Source of the DNA: Opitutia bacterium
Lineage (GTDB): Bacteria > Verrucomicrobiota > Verrucomicrobiia > Opitutales > Opitutaceae
Length of the DNA: 64,000 bases
Direction of reading: 5' to 3'
NCBI GenBank assembly: GCA_947478395.1
Contig: CANJVR010000007.1
Coordinates: 59,219-123,218, forward strand
The notes under the pieces: generated by a model
Database searches by the model: none
What the model saw: the letters and a program-made list of their open reading frames with translations, nothing else
What the model was told of the DNA's origin: nothing
Translations under genes and position numbers: made by a program
Shown: positions 1-9,310 of the stretch, in pieces
Numbering within the stretch: the stretch's first letter is position 1
Layout: every line of letters begins with the position of its first letter

Positions 1-187
1 CCTCGTTCCGTCCGGAATCCAGCGGCAACATCGCGAGGTGCCCCGGCGACTCGGTGACCGGCGCCGAAAGGGTGGCACCAGTACCGAGCGGAATTTTCGG
101 CCAGACGTGGCCGACGAAAATCAAAACGACCAGCACCACCGCCAGATCGATCAGCCGCTGGCGCCAGTGCGGACTACGACTTAGCAT
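1..187 (-). CDS. 5' part of a membrane-anchored hypothetical protein (runs off the left edge)
   Basis: ATG at 187, open to the edge: MLSRSPHWRQRLIDLAVVLVVLIFVGHVWPKIPLG..., with one N-terminal hydrophobic helix; 32 nt downstream of the oxidoreductase on the same strand. Confidence 0.55.
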   Translation of the reverse strand, partial: MLSRSPHWRQRLIDLAVVLVVLIFVGHVWPKIPLGTGATLSAPVTESPGHLAMLPLDSGRNE

Positions 188-219
188 GACGGGATCGACG
201 TAGGTTGGCGTCTCACGCC

Positions 220-1236
220 TCAGGCGCCAGCGACTGGATAGCCGCAGCGCCGGTAAATCGTCTCGACTGTCTGCAAGGTCGCGATGCCTTCGCGTAATCC
301 GGGCGTCGGTTCGCGACCCAAGCGGATGTCCGCGATGAACGTATCCGTCTCCAGACGCCACGAATCGTCGCCGCCGGGAAATTCCCAGATCGTCGTCTCG
401 GGCGGACCCATTTGCGGTAGCATCTTATAGTACGCGAGGCGTTCGACGCCGTAGCTTCCGCCCAAGCCATCGATGGCGAGCTTTGCGTCGCGACCGTAGA
501 TCTCGAGCGAGAAAAGATTTTTCCACTCCGTGCAGCTCACGTGCAGCCAGGCCGTTTGCCCGCCGGCGGTGCGTAAATTGAGGAACGCGTTATCGTCGAC
601 TTTCATGTCCCAGAAGTAAGTCGCTGCGTGGCCTTCGACGCTCGTGAAGTCGCCGAGAAACCAACCGGCGAGATCGATCACGTGCACGCCCTGGTCGATC
701 AGTTCCCCGCCCCCGGAAAGTTTTGGATCGGCGCGCCATTCGCGATCGTAGCCTTTGCGTCCGCCGTGACCGTAGCGGGCGCGGAGAAACATCAACGGCC
801 CGAGCGCACCGCTGTCGAATAAAGCGCGGGCTTTTTGGAACGCGGGATGAAACCGGTGATTATAGCCGATGCGGACGCGTGCGCCGGTCTTCGCGGCTGC
901 GGCTTGGATTTCTTCGAGTTGGGCGGCACCGAGTGCGCCGGGTTTTTCGACGAGCACGTGTTTGCCGGCGCGCACGGCGTCGAGTGTGACGGGCGCAAGG
1001 GCGGAGTTGAGCGTGGCGACGATGACGGCGTCGATCGACGGGTCGGCCAGCGCGATCTTGTAGTCTGTGATCGCCTGGGTGCCAGGGACCAATTTGGCCG
1101 CGTCGGCCGCGCGGGCTGCGTCGAGGTCGCACGCGTAGACGAGTTGGGCCGACTTGAGCGCGCCGGCGCGTTTTTTCCCAATCAATCCGCAACCGATGAT
1201 GGCGAAGCGGAGAGGGGTTTGAGACTTGTCACCCAT
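220..1236 (-). CDS. Gfo/Idh/MocA family oxidoreductase
   Basis: AIIGCGLIG Rossmann motif, HVLVEKP, GGGELIDQGVH; start moved to ATG 1236 (MGDKSQ). Confidence 0.9.
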   Translation of the reverse strand: MGDKSQTPLRFAIIGCGLIGKKRAGALKSAQLVYACDLDAARAADAAKLVPGTQAITDYKIALADPSIDAVIVATLNSALAPVTLDAVRAGKHVLVEKPGALGAAQLEEIQAAAAKTGARVRIGYNHRFHPAFQKARALFDSGALGPLMFLRARYGHGGRKGYDREWRADPKLSGGGELIDQGVHVIDLAGWFLGDFTSVEGHAATYFWDMKVDDNAFLNLRTAGGQTAWLHVSCTEWKNLFSLEIYGRDAKLAIDGLGGSYGVERLAYYKMLPQMGPPETTIWEFPGGDDSWRLETDTFIADIRLGREPTPGLREGIATLQTVETIYRRCGYPVAGA

Positions 1237-1262
1237 AAAGGGCGAGCCTCTGCTAACGCCCA

Positions 1263-1664
1263 ATGTTCAAGCAAGAGTTAATCCTTCGGCTGCTCCGCTT
1301 CGGTCTGGCGGGCGGCGGAGTGACGCTGGTTTTCATGGGGCTCAACTGGGCGTTTGCGCCGCGACTCGGCCCGGACCTCGCTTACCTGGCGGCTTACCCG
1401 CTGGCGGTTGCGCTGCATTTTTGCCTGAACAAATGGTGGACGTTTGGCGATCAGGGCTCCGTCAAAACGCGGCAGATCTCAGAATATCTGGCGATGATGC
1501 TGGTGGCGTTTCTCATTCAGACCGCGGTGTTCAAAGCGCTGATTCATTTCACGCCGATGGCGCCGTGGATCGCGTCGGGCGTGGCAACCGTCGCGCAAAT
1601 GGCGCTTTCGTTTTTATTCATGCAGCGCCGCGTGTTCGCGCCGGCGCGGCCGGCGGCGCAGTGA
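1263..1664 (+). CDS. GtrA family flippase-like membrane protein
   Basis: 133 aa, four hydrophobic segments, 'LRFGLAGG', 'HFCLNKWWTF' and 'QRRVF' GtrA-type motifs. Confidence 0.85.
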   Translation: MFKQELILRLLRFGLAGGGVTLVFMGLNWAFAPRLGPDLAYLAAYPLAVALHFCLNKWWTFGDQGSVKTRQISEYLAMMLVAFLIQTAVFKALIHFTPMAPWIASGVATVAQMALSFLFMQRRVFAPARPAAQ

Positions 1665-1675
1665 GTTTTTGGTAC

Positions 1676-1745
1676 AGGCGGGGTGCCCTCACCCTGCAAA
1701 TGCTCTTCGGCCGCGCTCCCCGCGGAGTGAGCGCACCCCGCCCAC
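1676..1745. repeat. Degenerate REP doublet (family B, approximate consensus GTAGGCGGGGTGCCCTCACCCCGC)
   Basis: AGGCGGGGTGCCCTCACCCTGC (1676-1697) and inverted GCGGAGTGAGCGCACCCCGCCCAC (1722-1745), intergenic. Confidence 0.65.
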
Positions 1746-1830
1746 AATTTTCTTCTACGGCCTGTCGCCGCGTAATCGCTTGCCTCGGCTGGAGCTTTTC
1801 CTTCCTCGTAACCATTTTCCTCCCGCAAAC

Positions 1831-2838
1831 ATGAAAGGCATCTGCATCGTCGGCTACGGCTATTGGGGCCCCAAGCTTGTGCGCAATTTCCTCGCCGTCG
1901 CGGCCGGGCGCGCCGTCGCCGTGTGCGACGAGAGTGCGGAGCGACTGCAACGCGCGCAGAAAGATTTTCCGGGATTGAAAACCTTTGCGTCGTTCGACGC
2001 CGTTCTGGCCGACGCCGCTTTCGACGCCGTAGCCTTGGCCACGCCCGTCTCGACGCACTATCCCCTCGCGAAACGCGCCCTTGAGGCCGGTCGCCACGTG
2101 CTGGTGGAAAAACCCATGACCGACTCGCTCGCCACCGCGCGCGAACTCATCGCACTCGCCGCCCGTGAGCGCCGCGTTCTGATGGTCGATCACACGTTTG
2201 TCTACCATCCGGCCGTCCGGAAAATCAAAGCGCTCGTCGCAGCCGGCGACCTCGGTCAGTTGCGTTACATCGACTCGACCCGGATCAATCTCGGGCTTTT
2301 TCAACACGACGTGAACGTGCTCTGGGATTTGGCGGTGCATGATCTTTCGATCGTCAATTTTCTTACGCCCGAGCGCCCGCTCGCGGTGAGTGCCGTCGCC
2401 ACCGCGCACACGCCCGGCGCGCCGGAAAACATCGGGTTCATCGTTCTGCGCTACGCTTCCGGCCTCGTCGTGCATCTCAACTGTTCTTGGGTCTCGCCGG
2501 TAAAAATTCGTCACATCCTCATCGGTGGTGACAAAAAGATGGTTCTCTATAACGACCTCGACGCGAACGAGCCGCTCAAGGTTTACGACTCCGGCTACCA
2601 GGCGCGCACCGATGAGGAACGCAATCGTCTGCTGTTCGACTACCGCGTGGGCGATGTTTATTCGCCGAAGATTCCCGCGGGTGAAGCGCTCGCGGCGCTG
2701 GCGGCGGACTTTGTGCGTGCGACGACCGATGGCGTGGCGCCGATCTCCGACGGCCGTTTCGGCGCGGATGTCGTCGCCATCCTCGAAGCGGCGCAACGCT
2801 CGGTCCGCCAGCGCGGGCAGGAGGTTTTACTCGGATGA
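1831..2838 (+). CDS. Gfo/Idh/MocA NDP-sugar dehydrogenase (WlbA/GnnA-like)
   Basis: IVGYGYWG, HVLVEKP, LWDLAVHD; ATG at 1831; overlaps the downstream aminotransferase (ATGA). Confidence 0.88.
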   Translation: MKGICIVGYGYWGPKLVRNFLAVAAGRAVAVCDESAERLQRAQKDFPGLKTFASFDAVLADAAFDAVALATPVSTHYPLAKRALEAGRHVLVEKPMTDSLATARELIALAARERRVLMVDHTFVYHPAVRKIKALVAAGDLGQLRYIDSTRINLGLFQHDVNVLWDLAVHDLSIVNFLTPERPLAVSAVATAHTPGAPENIGFIVLRYASGLVVHLNCSWVSPVKIRHILIGGDKKMVLYNDLDANEPLKVYDSGYQARTDEERNRLLFDYRVGDVYSPKIPAGEALAALAADFVRATTDGVAPISDGRFGADVVAILEAAQRSVRQRGQEVLLG

Positions 2839-3938
2839 AAGTTCCCTATTTTGATTTGCCCGCCCAAATCCGCTCGGTCCGGCCTGAGCTCGACGCAGCG
2901 ATCGCGCGGACTTTGGACAACTGCTCATTTTGCCTCGGGCCGGATGTGGCCGCTTTCGAGCGCGACTTCGCGGCGTTCTGCGGCGCGCCGCACGCGGTGG
3001 GTTTCAATAGCGGCACCTCGGCGCTGCATGTCGCGCTTCTGTTGCTCGGCGTGGGGCCGGGCGACGAAGTGATCACGACGCCATTCACGTTTGTCGCAAC
3101 CAGCTGGGCGATTTCCTACGTCGGGGCACGGCCGGTCTACGTCGATATCGACGACGCGACCTGCAATCTCGATCCCGCTTTGGTCGAGCGGGCGATCACG
3201 CCGCGCACGAAGGCGATCATGCCGGTGCACCTTTACGGACAGCCCTGCGATCTCGATGCGATCGGCGCGATCGCGCAGAAACACGGTCTTCCACTCGTGG
3301 AGGACGCGGCGCAGGCGCACGGCGCGCTCTGGCGCGGCCGGCCGGTCGGCACGTTTGGCGCGATCAGCGGGTTTAGTTTTTATCCGGGAAAAAATCTCGG
3401 CGCGTGCGGTGAAGCCGGGGCGTTGGTGACGACCGATGCGGCGCTTGCCGAGCGCGCCCGTTCGTTGCGTGAACACGGCGCCCGCGTCCGCTATTACCAC
3501 GACGAGGTCGGCTACAATTATCGCATGGAGGGAATCCAGGGCGCAGTACTTGGCGTGAAATTGAAATACCTCGCCGCTTGGACCGCCGCCCGTCGCCGCA
3601 TTGCGCGACGCTACGCGGAGCTGCTGCGCGACACGCCGTTGAAACTTCAGACCGAACTGGCCGGCAGCGAGAGCGCCCGGCACGTCTTCGTCGTGCGGCA
3701 TCCGCGGCGCGATGAATTGAAGGCGCACCTCGAGAAAAACGGGGTCGGCGCGGCGCTGCACTATCCGGTGCCGCTGCATTTGCAGAAATGTTATGCGCCG
3801 CTTGGCTACAAAGCGGGTGATTTCCCTGTGGCGGAAGCGGCGGCGCGCGAGTGTCTGAGCCTGCCGATGTTCGCCGAGCTCACGGATGACCAGCTCGCGT
3901 ATGTGGCCGCACAAGTGCGGACGTTTTTCAAAACATGA
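2835..3938 (+). CDS. DegT/DnrJ/EryC1/StrS PLP-dependent aminotransferase
   Basis: NSGTSALH, VEDAAQAHG, FSFYPGKNLGACGEAG (PLP lysine). Confidence 0.95.
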   Translation: MKVPYFDLPAQIRSVRPELDAAIARTLDNCSFCLGPDVAAFERDFAAFCGAPHAVGFNSGTSALHVALLLLGVGPGDEVITTPFTFVATSWAISYVGARPVYVDIDDATCNLDPALVERAITPRTKAIMPVHLYGQPCDLDAIGAIAQKHGLPLVEDAAQAHGALWRGRPVGTFGAISGFSFYPGKNLGACGEAGALVTTDAALAERARSLREHGARVRYYHDEVGYNYRMEGIQGAVLGVKLKYLAAWTAARRRIARRYAELLRDTPLKLQTELAGSESARHVFVVRHPRRDELKAHLEKNGVGAALHYPVPLHLQKCYAPLGYKAGDFPVAEAAARECLSLPMFAELTDDQLAYVAAQVRTFFKT

Positions 3939-4939
3939 GTACGGATGGCGGCGGAAAAGTCCTCGTGACGGGCGGTGCCGGTTTCATCGGCTCGCATCTG
4001 TGCGAACATCTCGTGGCGCTCGGTGCGCGCGTGGTGGTGCTGGATAATTTTCGCAACGGTAAGCGCGAGAATCTCGCGTTTCCGGGTGCGGAGACGCTGG
4101 AGATTATCGACGGCGATATCGTGGATCCGACGACGTGCCGGCGGGCGATGCAGGGGGTCGAGGTGGTTTATCACCTCGCCTGTCTCGGGGTGCGGCACTC
4201 GCTCCACAGCCCAGTCGAGAATCATCAGGTGAACGCGCTCGGTTCGCTGAACGTACTCGAAGCGGCGCGGGCGGAAAAAGTGCGGCGGTTCGTTTACGTT
4301 TCCACCTCGGAGATTTACGGTCGGGCGCGGGAGTTTCCGATCACAGAGAATTGCACGCCTTGGCCGCTGACGGTTTACGGCAGCAGCAAACTCGCGGGCG
4401 AGCACTACGCGCGCTCGTATTTTGAATGCTGGCAGTTGCCGGTCGTGTGCGTGCGGCCTTTCAATAACTACGGTCCCCGTTCGCACTTCGAGGGTGATTC
4501 GGGCGAAGTAATTCCACGCTTTTTACTGCGCGCGCTGGCCGGACAGCCACCGGTGGTGTTCGGCGACGGCAGCCACACGCGGGATTTTCTCTACGTGAAA
4601 GATTGCGCCGAGACGCTCGTGAAGATCGCGGGCTGCGCGGCGCTGGTCGGCGACGTGGTGAATCTCGGTTTCGGCGAGGAACTGCGGATCGACGTACTCG
4701 CGCGGACGGTGTTGGAAGCCGTCGGCCGACCGGATTTGAAAACTGTGTTTGAGGCGCCGCGGCCGGCGGACGTGCCCAAGCTCTGGGTCGATACCTCAAA
4801 GCTGAAGCGTGCGATCGATTTCCGTCCGCGCGTGACGTTGCGCGAAGGCATCGGCCACACGCTGGACCATTTCCGGAAACTTTACCGCGACAACCCGGCG
4901 GCGCTCGGGCAGATCAAAGCGAAGAACTGGGAGGCGTGA
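3935..4939 (+). CDS. NAD-dependent nucleotide-sugar epimerase/dehydratase (extended SDR)
   Basis: TGGAGFIG, STSEIYG, YGSSK (YxxxK), RPFNNYGP. Confidence 0.93.
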   Translation: MSTDGGGKVLVTGGAGFIGSHLCEHLVALGARVVVLDNFRNGKRENLAFPGAETLEIIDGDIVDPTTCRRAMQGVEVVYHLACLGVRHSLHSPVENHQVNALGSLNVLEAARAEKVRRFVYVSTSEIYGRAREFPITENCTPWPLTVYGSSKLAGEHYARSYFECWQLPVVCVRPFNNYGPRSHFEGDSGEVIPRFLLRALAGQPPVVFGDGSHTRDFLYVKDCAETLVKIAGCAALVGDVVNLGFGEELRIDVLARTVLEAVGRPDLKTVFEAPRPADVPKLWVDTSKLKRAIDFRPRVTLREGIGHTLDHFRKLYRDNPAALGQIKAKNWEA

Positions 4940-4971
4940 TGAGAGAACTTTTTTTCATTATTTGTTCTTCG

Positions 4972-5060
4972 GTCCTTCCGCGCGAAGTGAAGAATCTAAT
5001 TAGGCGACGCCGAAGCGGTCGGCGGAATCTCACGGGATTCCTCGTTGCGCTCAGAGTGAC
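4972..5060. repeat. Degenerate palindromic element (CGTC/REP-like)
   Basis: 26-nt arms at 4972-4997 and 5035-5060 are inverted complements at 17/26 positions; intergenic. Confidence 0.45.
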
Positions 5061-5087
5061 AAACGCGGATGACGTCTCTATCTTTCT

Positions 5088-6239
5088 ATGATCCCGATCG
5101 CCAAACCGTGGATGGGACAACCCGAAGCCGACGCGGCGGCGCGCGCGATTCTCTCCGGCTGGGTGACGCAGGGCCCGGAAGTCGCCGCATTCGAGCGTGA
5201 GTTCGCCGCTGTCGTCGGCGCACCGCATGCCTGCGCGGTTTCCAATTGCACCACGGCGCTTCATCTCGCGTTGCTGGCGGCGGGCGTGGGGCCGGGCGAC
5301 GAGGTGATCACGGTCAGCCATTCCTACATCGCGACGGCGAATTCCATCCGTCATTGCGGCGCGGTGCCGGTGTTCCTCGATATCGAACCCGCCAACTTCA
5401 ATCTCGATCCCCGGGGGCAGCGGCTCCTCGATGCGCTTTCGCCCCGGACCAAGGCGTTTCTGGTCGTGCACCAAATCGGAACGCCCTGTGACCTGCGGTC
5501 GATTCTGGACTTCGCGCGCCCGCGCGGAATCCCAGTGATCGAGGACGCGGCGTGTGCGATTGGCAGCGAGATTTTATGGGACGGTCGCTGGGAAAAAATC
5601 GGTCGGCCTCACGGCGACGCGGCGTGTTTCTCATTTCACCCGCGTAAACTTGTTTCGACCGGTGACGGCGGGATGATCACGACGTCGAATGCGGCTTGGG
5701 ATGAAAAATTCCGTTTGTGGCGTCAGCACGGCATGAGTGTGCCGGACACGGTGCGGCACGGTTCGAAGCAGGTGGTTTTCGAGCAGTACACGGAAGTGGG
5801 TTTCAATTATCGCCTGACCGATGTGCAGGCCGCGATGGGGCGTGAGCAGTTGAAGCGGCTGCCGGCGATGATCGCTCGGCGGCGCGAGCAGGCGGCACGC
5901 TACGGCGTTTTGCTGGCGGGTGTGCCTGGACTGGTTTTGCCGGCGGAACCGGCGTGGGCACGATCGAATTGGCAGAGCTATGGCGTGCGTTTGCCGATGC
6001 GAAAAGATCAACGCGCTGTGATGCAGGCGCTGCTGGACGCAGGGATTTCGACGCGACGGGGTGTGATGTGCGCGCATCGCGAGCCGGCGTACGCGAAGGC
6101 GCCCTGGCGCGCGGCGGGGTCGTTGGTGGAAAGCGAACGCGCGCAGGATGAAATTGTGATACTGCCGCTGTTTCACGAAATGACCGAGTCCGAGCAAGAC
6201 CAGGTCGTGTCGGCGCTGAAGAGCGCCTTGGCTTTATGA
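5088..6239 (+). CDS. DegT/DnrJ/EryC1/StrS aminotransferase (second copy)
   Basis: SNCTTALH, IEDAACAIG, FSFHPRKLVSTGDGG, GFNYRLTD. Confidence 0.95.
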   Translation: MIPIAKPWMGQPEADAAARAILSGWVTQGPEVAAFEREFAAVVGAPHACAVSNCTTALHLALLAAGVGPGDEVITVSHSYIATANSIRHCGAVPVFLDIEPANFNLDPRGQRLLDALSPRTKAFLVVHQIGTPCDLRSILDFARPRGIPVIEDAACAIGSEILWDGRWEKIGRPHGDAACFSFHPRKLVSTGDGGMITTSNAAWDEKFRLWRQHGMSVPDTVRHGSKQVVFEQYTEVGFNYRLTDVQAAMGREQLKRLPAMIARRREQAARYGVLLAGVPGLVLPAEPAWARSNWQSYGVRLPMRKDQRAVMQALLDAGISTRRGVMCAHREPAYAKAPWRAAGSLVESERAQDEIVILPLFHEMTESEQDQVVSALKSALAL

Positions 6240-7657
6240 GTCCACGTGCGGTTAAAATCAGCTGGTGGGTGATTCTGTGTCTCGCGCTGGTTTTGCGCGT
6301 GGTGATCGTTTTGCGGGGCGGACAATTTTTCTGGTTCGACGAGGGCCGCTATCACGCGGCCGAATCGGCGTGGGATCAGTGGGAAAAAGGGGCCGGACTC
6401 GCGGCCGCGGCGCGCGAGGTGATGGGCGGCGCGGATCATCTCGGCTTCAAGGTTCTGATGCTCGCGCCGGCGTGGGTGCAGCGTCACACGGGCGGAAGTT
6501 ATCTGGTGCCCGCGTTTGCGGTGAGTTTATTTTCTCTCTTCAACATCGCGTGGGTGTGGCGCATTGCCCGTCGGGCGGGTGCGGACGAACGCGAGGCGTT
6601 GTGGGCGATGGCGGCGATGGCCGGGACCAACTGCATGTTTTATTGGGCGCGTCACCTGATGCCCTATGACATAGCGCTCTGCGGGGCGTTGGGGTGTCTC
6701 TACGTGGCGGTGAAACCGGCGGCGCGATTCCGCGATTCGGTGGGCGCCGGCGTGCTCGGGTGCACGGCGTTTGTGACTTACAACGGCTACTGGGTAATAG
6801 TCGCGTGTGTTCTGGTTGCGCACGTGATGCTGGCGCTACCGCGGTGGCGCGAAGCGTTGGGGCGCGCGGCGGGCGGCTTACTCGGATTGGCTGGTGCGTT
6901 TGGGTTGCTGCTGGGATTGGACCAATGGCTCTTGGGTGTCGATTTGTTGGAGTCGTACACGAGTTTTGCCGGCACGATCAGCCAGGGTGATTTCAACGAG
7001 GGGGCGCTGGTTTTTTTCGATTACCTGTGGCGGGTGGAACGCGGGACGGCTTTGCTGTGGGCGCTGGCGTTGCTGGCGAGTGTGGGGTTACTACGGCGGT
7101 GCGAAGCATCGACCCGCCGCCGGGGACTGGTGTGGGCTGGGAGCATTGTTGCGCTGACGGTGATTCTGATTCTCGGGGCGAACGTGTTTGAGAAATTCGT
7201 GGTATATGGACGGCTTGCGCGGCAAGTCGCGCCGTTTTGTGCGCTGCTTTTGGGCTGGACCGCCGGACGTATCTTTGGCGGGCAAAATCGCGGACGTGGG
7301 CGTGAGGCTTTGGCGTTCGCGGCGCTCGTCGCGTGCGCGGCGTGGAGCATGTCGACGCCGTTACGACAGGAGTTTCCAAGGCCTTTTCAACTGCGCGCGG
7401 AGAAATTTTTGGCCGCGTATCGCAATCAGTACGCGCCGAAGGATCCGGTGGGTACGGCGCCAGAGAAATTCAAATTCCTCTATAACAGTTTTATCTGGCC
7501 GGAAGCGGATCGCACGGTCCAACCGCCGCATATCGTCCTCATGTCGGCGCCACATCCGCTGCAGTGGAGGCCCTACCTTTATGAAGGCTTCAATCACGAC
7601 CGGCGGGTTCAGATTGAGGGCACGGATATCACAATGCGGCTGATCTTGCTGAAGTGA
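6236..7657 (+). CDS. Polytopic membrane protein, probable GT-C fold (ArnT/PMT-like) glycosyltransferase
   Basis: About 10 or more hydrophobic helices; acidic 'WFDEGRY' motif right after TM1, as in GT-C enzymes; operon context. Confidence 0.65.
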   Translation: MSPRAVKISWWVILCLALVLRVVIVLRGGQFFWFDEGRYHAAESAWDQWEKGAGLAAAAREVMGGADHLGFKVLMLAPAWVQRHTGGSYLVPAFAVSLFSLFNIAWVWRIARRAGADEREALWAMAAMAGTNCMFYWARHLMPYDIALCGALGCLYVAVKPAARFRDSVGAGVLGCTAFVTYNGYWVIVACVLVAHVMLALPRWREALGRAAGGLLGLAGAFGLLLGLDQWLLGVDLLESYTSFAGTISQGDFNEGALVFFDYLWRVERGTALLWALALLASVGLLRRCEASTRRRGLVWAGSIVALTVILILGANVFEKFVVYGRLARQVAPFCALLLGWTAGRIFGGQNRGRGREALAFAALVACAAWSMSTPLRQEFPRPFQLRAEKFLAAYRNQYAPKDPVGTAPEKFKFLYNSFIWPEADRTVQPPHIVLMSAPHPLQWRPYLYEGFNHDRRVQIEGTDITMRLILLK

Positions 7658-7702
7658 GAGGTTGCGGACGACGTCCGAATTCAATTTCCCTCGTTCACTC
7701 GG

Positions 7703-8170
7703 ATGAGTTCCAAACTGCCACCCAATCCCTACCACGAACTCGCTTGGATCGCCGGTACCCCGGAGATCGGGCAGGGCGTTTGGATTGGAGCATTCACTTT
7801 GATCGACGGACTCGGCGGGCTGAAAATAGGCGACGGGTGTAACATCAGCAGTGGCGCGCAGGTCCTCTCGCATTCGACGGCGCGGCGCTGCGTGACCGAA
7901 CGCGTCCTCGATGTCGTGGATAAAAAGGCGACCGAACTCGGGGCGCACGTATTCGTCGGTGCGAACGCCATCGTTTTGATGGGCGCGAAAGTCGGGCATC
8001 ACTCGATCGTTGCCGCGGGTGCGGTCGTATTGGAGGACGCCGTGATCCCGCCGTATTCGCTCGTGGCTGGCGTGCCGGCTCGGGTGGTACGTTCGATCGA
8101 GTCTGAAGTGAAAACATGGCGCGAGGAAGGGGGCCGGGCCGAGGCGGCGGCGCTCGCTGGCTCGAGTTAA
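7703..8170 (+). CDS. Hexapeptide-repeat acetyl/acyltransferase
   Basis: IGQGVWIG, IGDGCNIS, VGHHSIVAAGAVV, VAGVPARV. Confidence 0.9.
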   Translation: MSSKLPPNPYHELAWIAGTPEIGQGVWIGAFTLIDGLGGLKIGDGCNISSGAQVLSHSTARRCVTERVLDVVDKKATELGAHVFVGANAIVLMGAKVGHHSIVAAGAVVLEDAVIPPYSLVAGVPARVVRSIESEVKTWREEGGRAEAAALAGSS

Positions 8171-8173
8171 ATT

Positions 8174-9106
8174 ATGGCGACGCTTCTTTCCATCGTTACA
8201 CCGGCTTTCAACGAAGCGGAAAATCTGCCGAAACTTTACGCCCGCATTTGCGCGCTGGACTGGGCTGGGCTGGGGCTGGAGTTCGAGCTGATCGTGGTCG
8301 ACGACCATTCGCGCGATACGACGCCGGCGATCTTGCGCGACTTGAGCGCGAAAGATTCACGCGTGCGCTGGCTGCGGTTCTCGCGGAATTTCGGCAGCCA
8401 CGCCGCGCTGACCGCCGGCCTCGAACACGCGCGCGGTGACGCGGCCGTGGTGCTGGCGGCGGATTTACAGGATCCGCCCGAGACGATTCCCGAGCTGGTG
8501 AACCAGTGGCGCGACGGCGGAGCGGTGGTGTGGGCGGTGCGCGGTGCACGCGAAGGCGAGACCCTACAGACGCGACTCGCGGCGCGGATTTTTTATACTT
8601 TTATGCGGCGGGCGCTGCACATGGAAATGCCCCCGAGCGGCGTGGATTTTTTCCTGATTGACCGCGCCGTGATCGACACGCTGAAGAAGGCGCCCGAGCG
8701 CAACACCTCGCTCATTGGGCAGATTCAGTGGATGGGTTTCGAGCAGCGCAGCCTCGTCTACACGAAGCAGGCGCGGGCTTCGGGTCGTTCCAAATGGACG
8801 ATTTCGAAGAAGATCAAGCTGTCGGTGGACTGGCTTGTGGGCTTTTCGTATTTCCCCATCCGGTTCATGTCGGCGCTGGGCGTGCTATTTGCGTGCGTGG
8901 GATTCTTGTACGCACTGTTTTTGATCGTGAGGCGGTTTGTCTACGTGGTGCCGGTTGAAGGATGGACCTCGTTGATCTGCGTCGTGCTGATGACTTCCGG
9001 CGTACAGCTCGTGATGCTGGGCGTGCTCGGCGAATATCTGTGGCGCTCGTTCGACGCCAGCCGTCAGCGCCCGCGTTTCATCATCGAGCGGCGCCAAGGC
9101 CTTTAG
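8174..9106 (+). CDS. GT2 polyprenol-phosphate glycosyltransferase (GtrB/ArnC-like)
   Basis: SIVTPAFNE, VDDHSRD, SRNFGSHAA, ADLQDPP, two C-terminal TM helices, LGEYL. Confidence 0.92.
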   Translation: MATLLSIVTPAFNEAENLPKLYARICALDWAGLGLEFELIVVDDHSRDTTPAILRDLSAKDSRVRWLRFSRNFGSHAALTAGLEHARGDAAVVLAADLQDPPETIPELVNQWRDGGAVVWAVRGAREGETLQTRLAARIFYTFMRRALHMEMPPSGVDFFLIDRAVIDTLKKAPERNTSLIGQIQWMGFEQRSLVYTKQARASGRSKWTISKKIKLSVDWLVGFSYFPIRFMSALGVLFACVGFLYALFLIVRRFVYVVPVEGWTSLICVVLMTSGVQLVMLGVLGEYLWRSFDASRQRPRFIIERRQGL

Positions 9107-9310
9107 CACGGAGGATTCCCGCGATGGAGCGGAATTTCGCCGCAGGCCCCGACAGAATGTCACTTAATAGGTGACTTTCAGTCGAAGCGAAAGGGCCGAG
9201 GCTGATGTCCGGATTTGCTGTCTATGAAGACGGTGACGACGCGCCATCACCCGCTGAAACTGAATAGGCCGGGAGAGAATTGGGCGATGCGACGCGTGCG
9301 CATTCGGACC

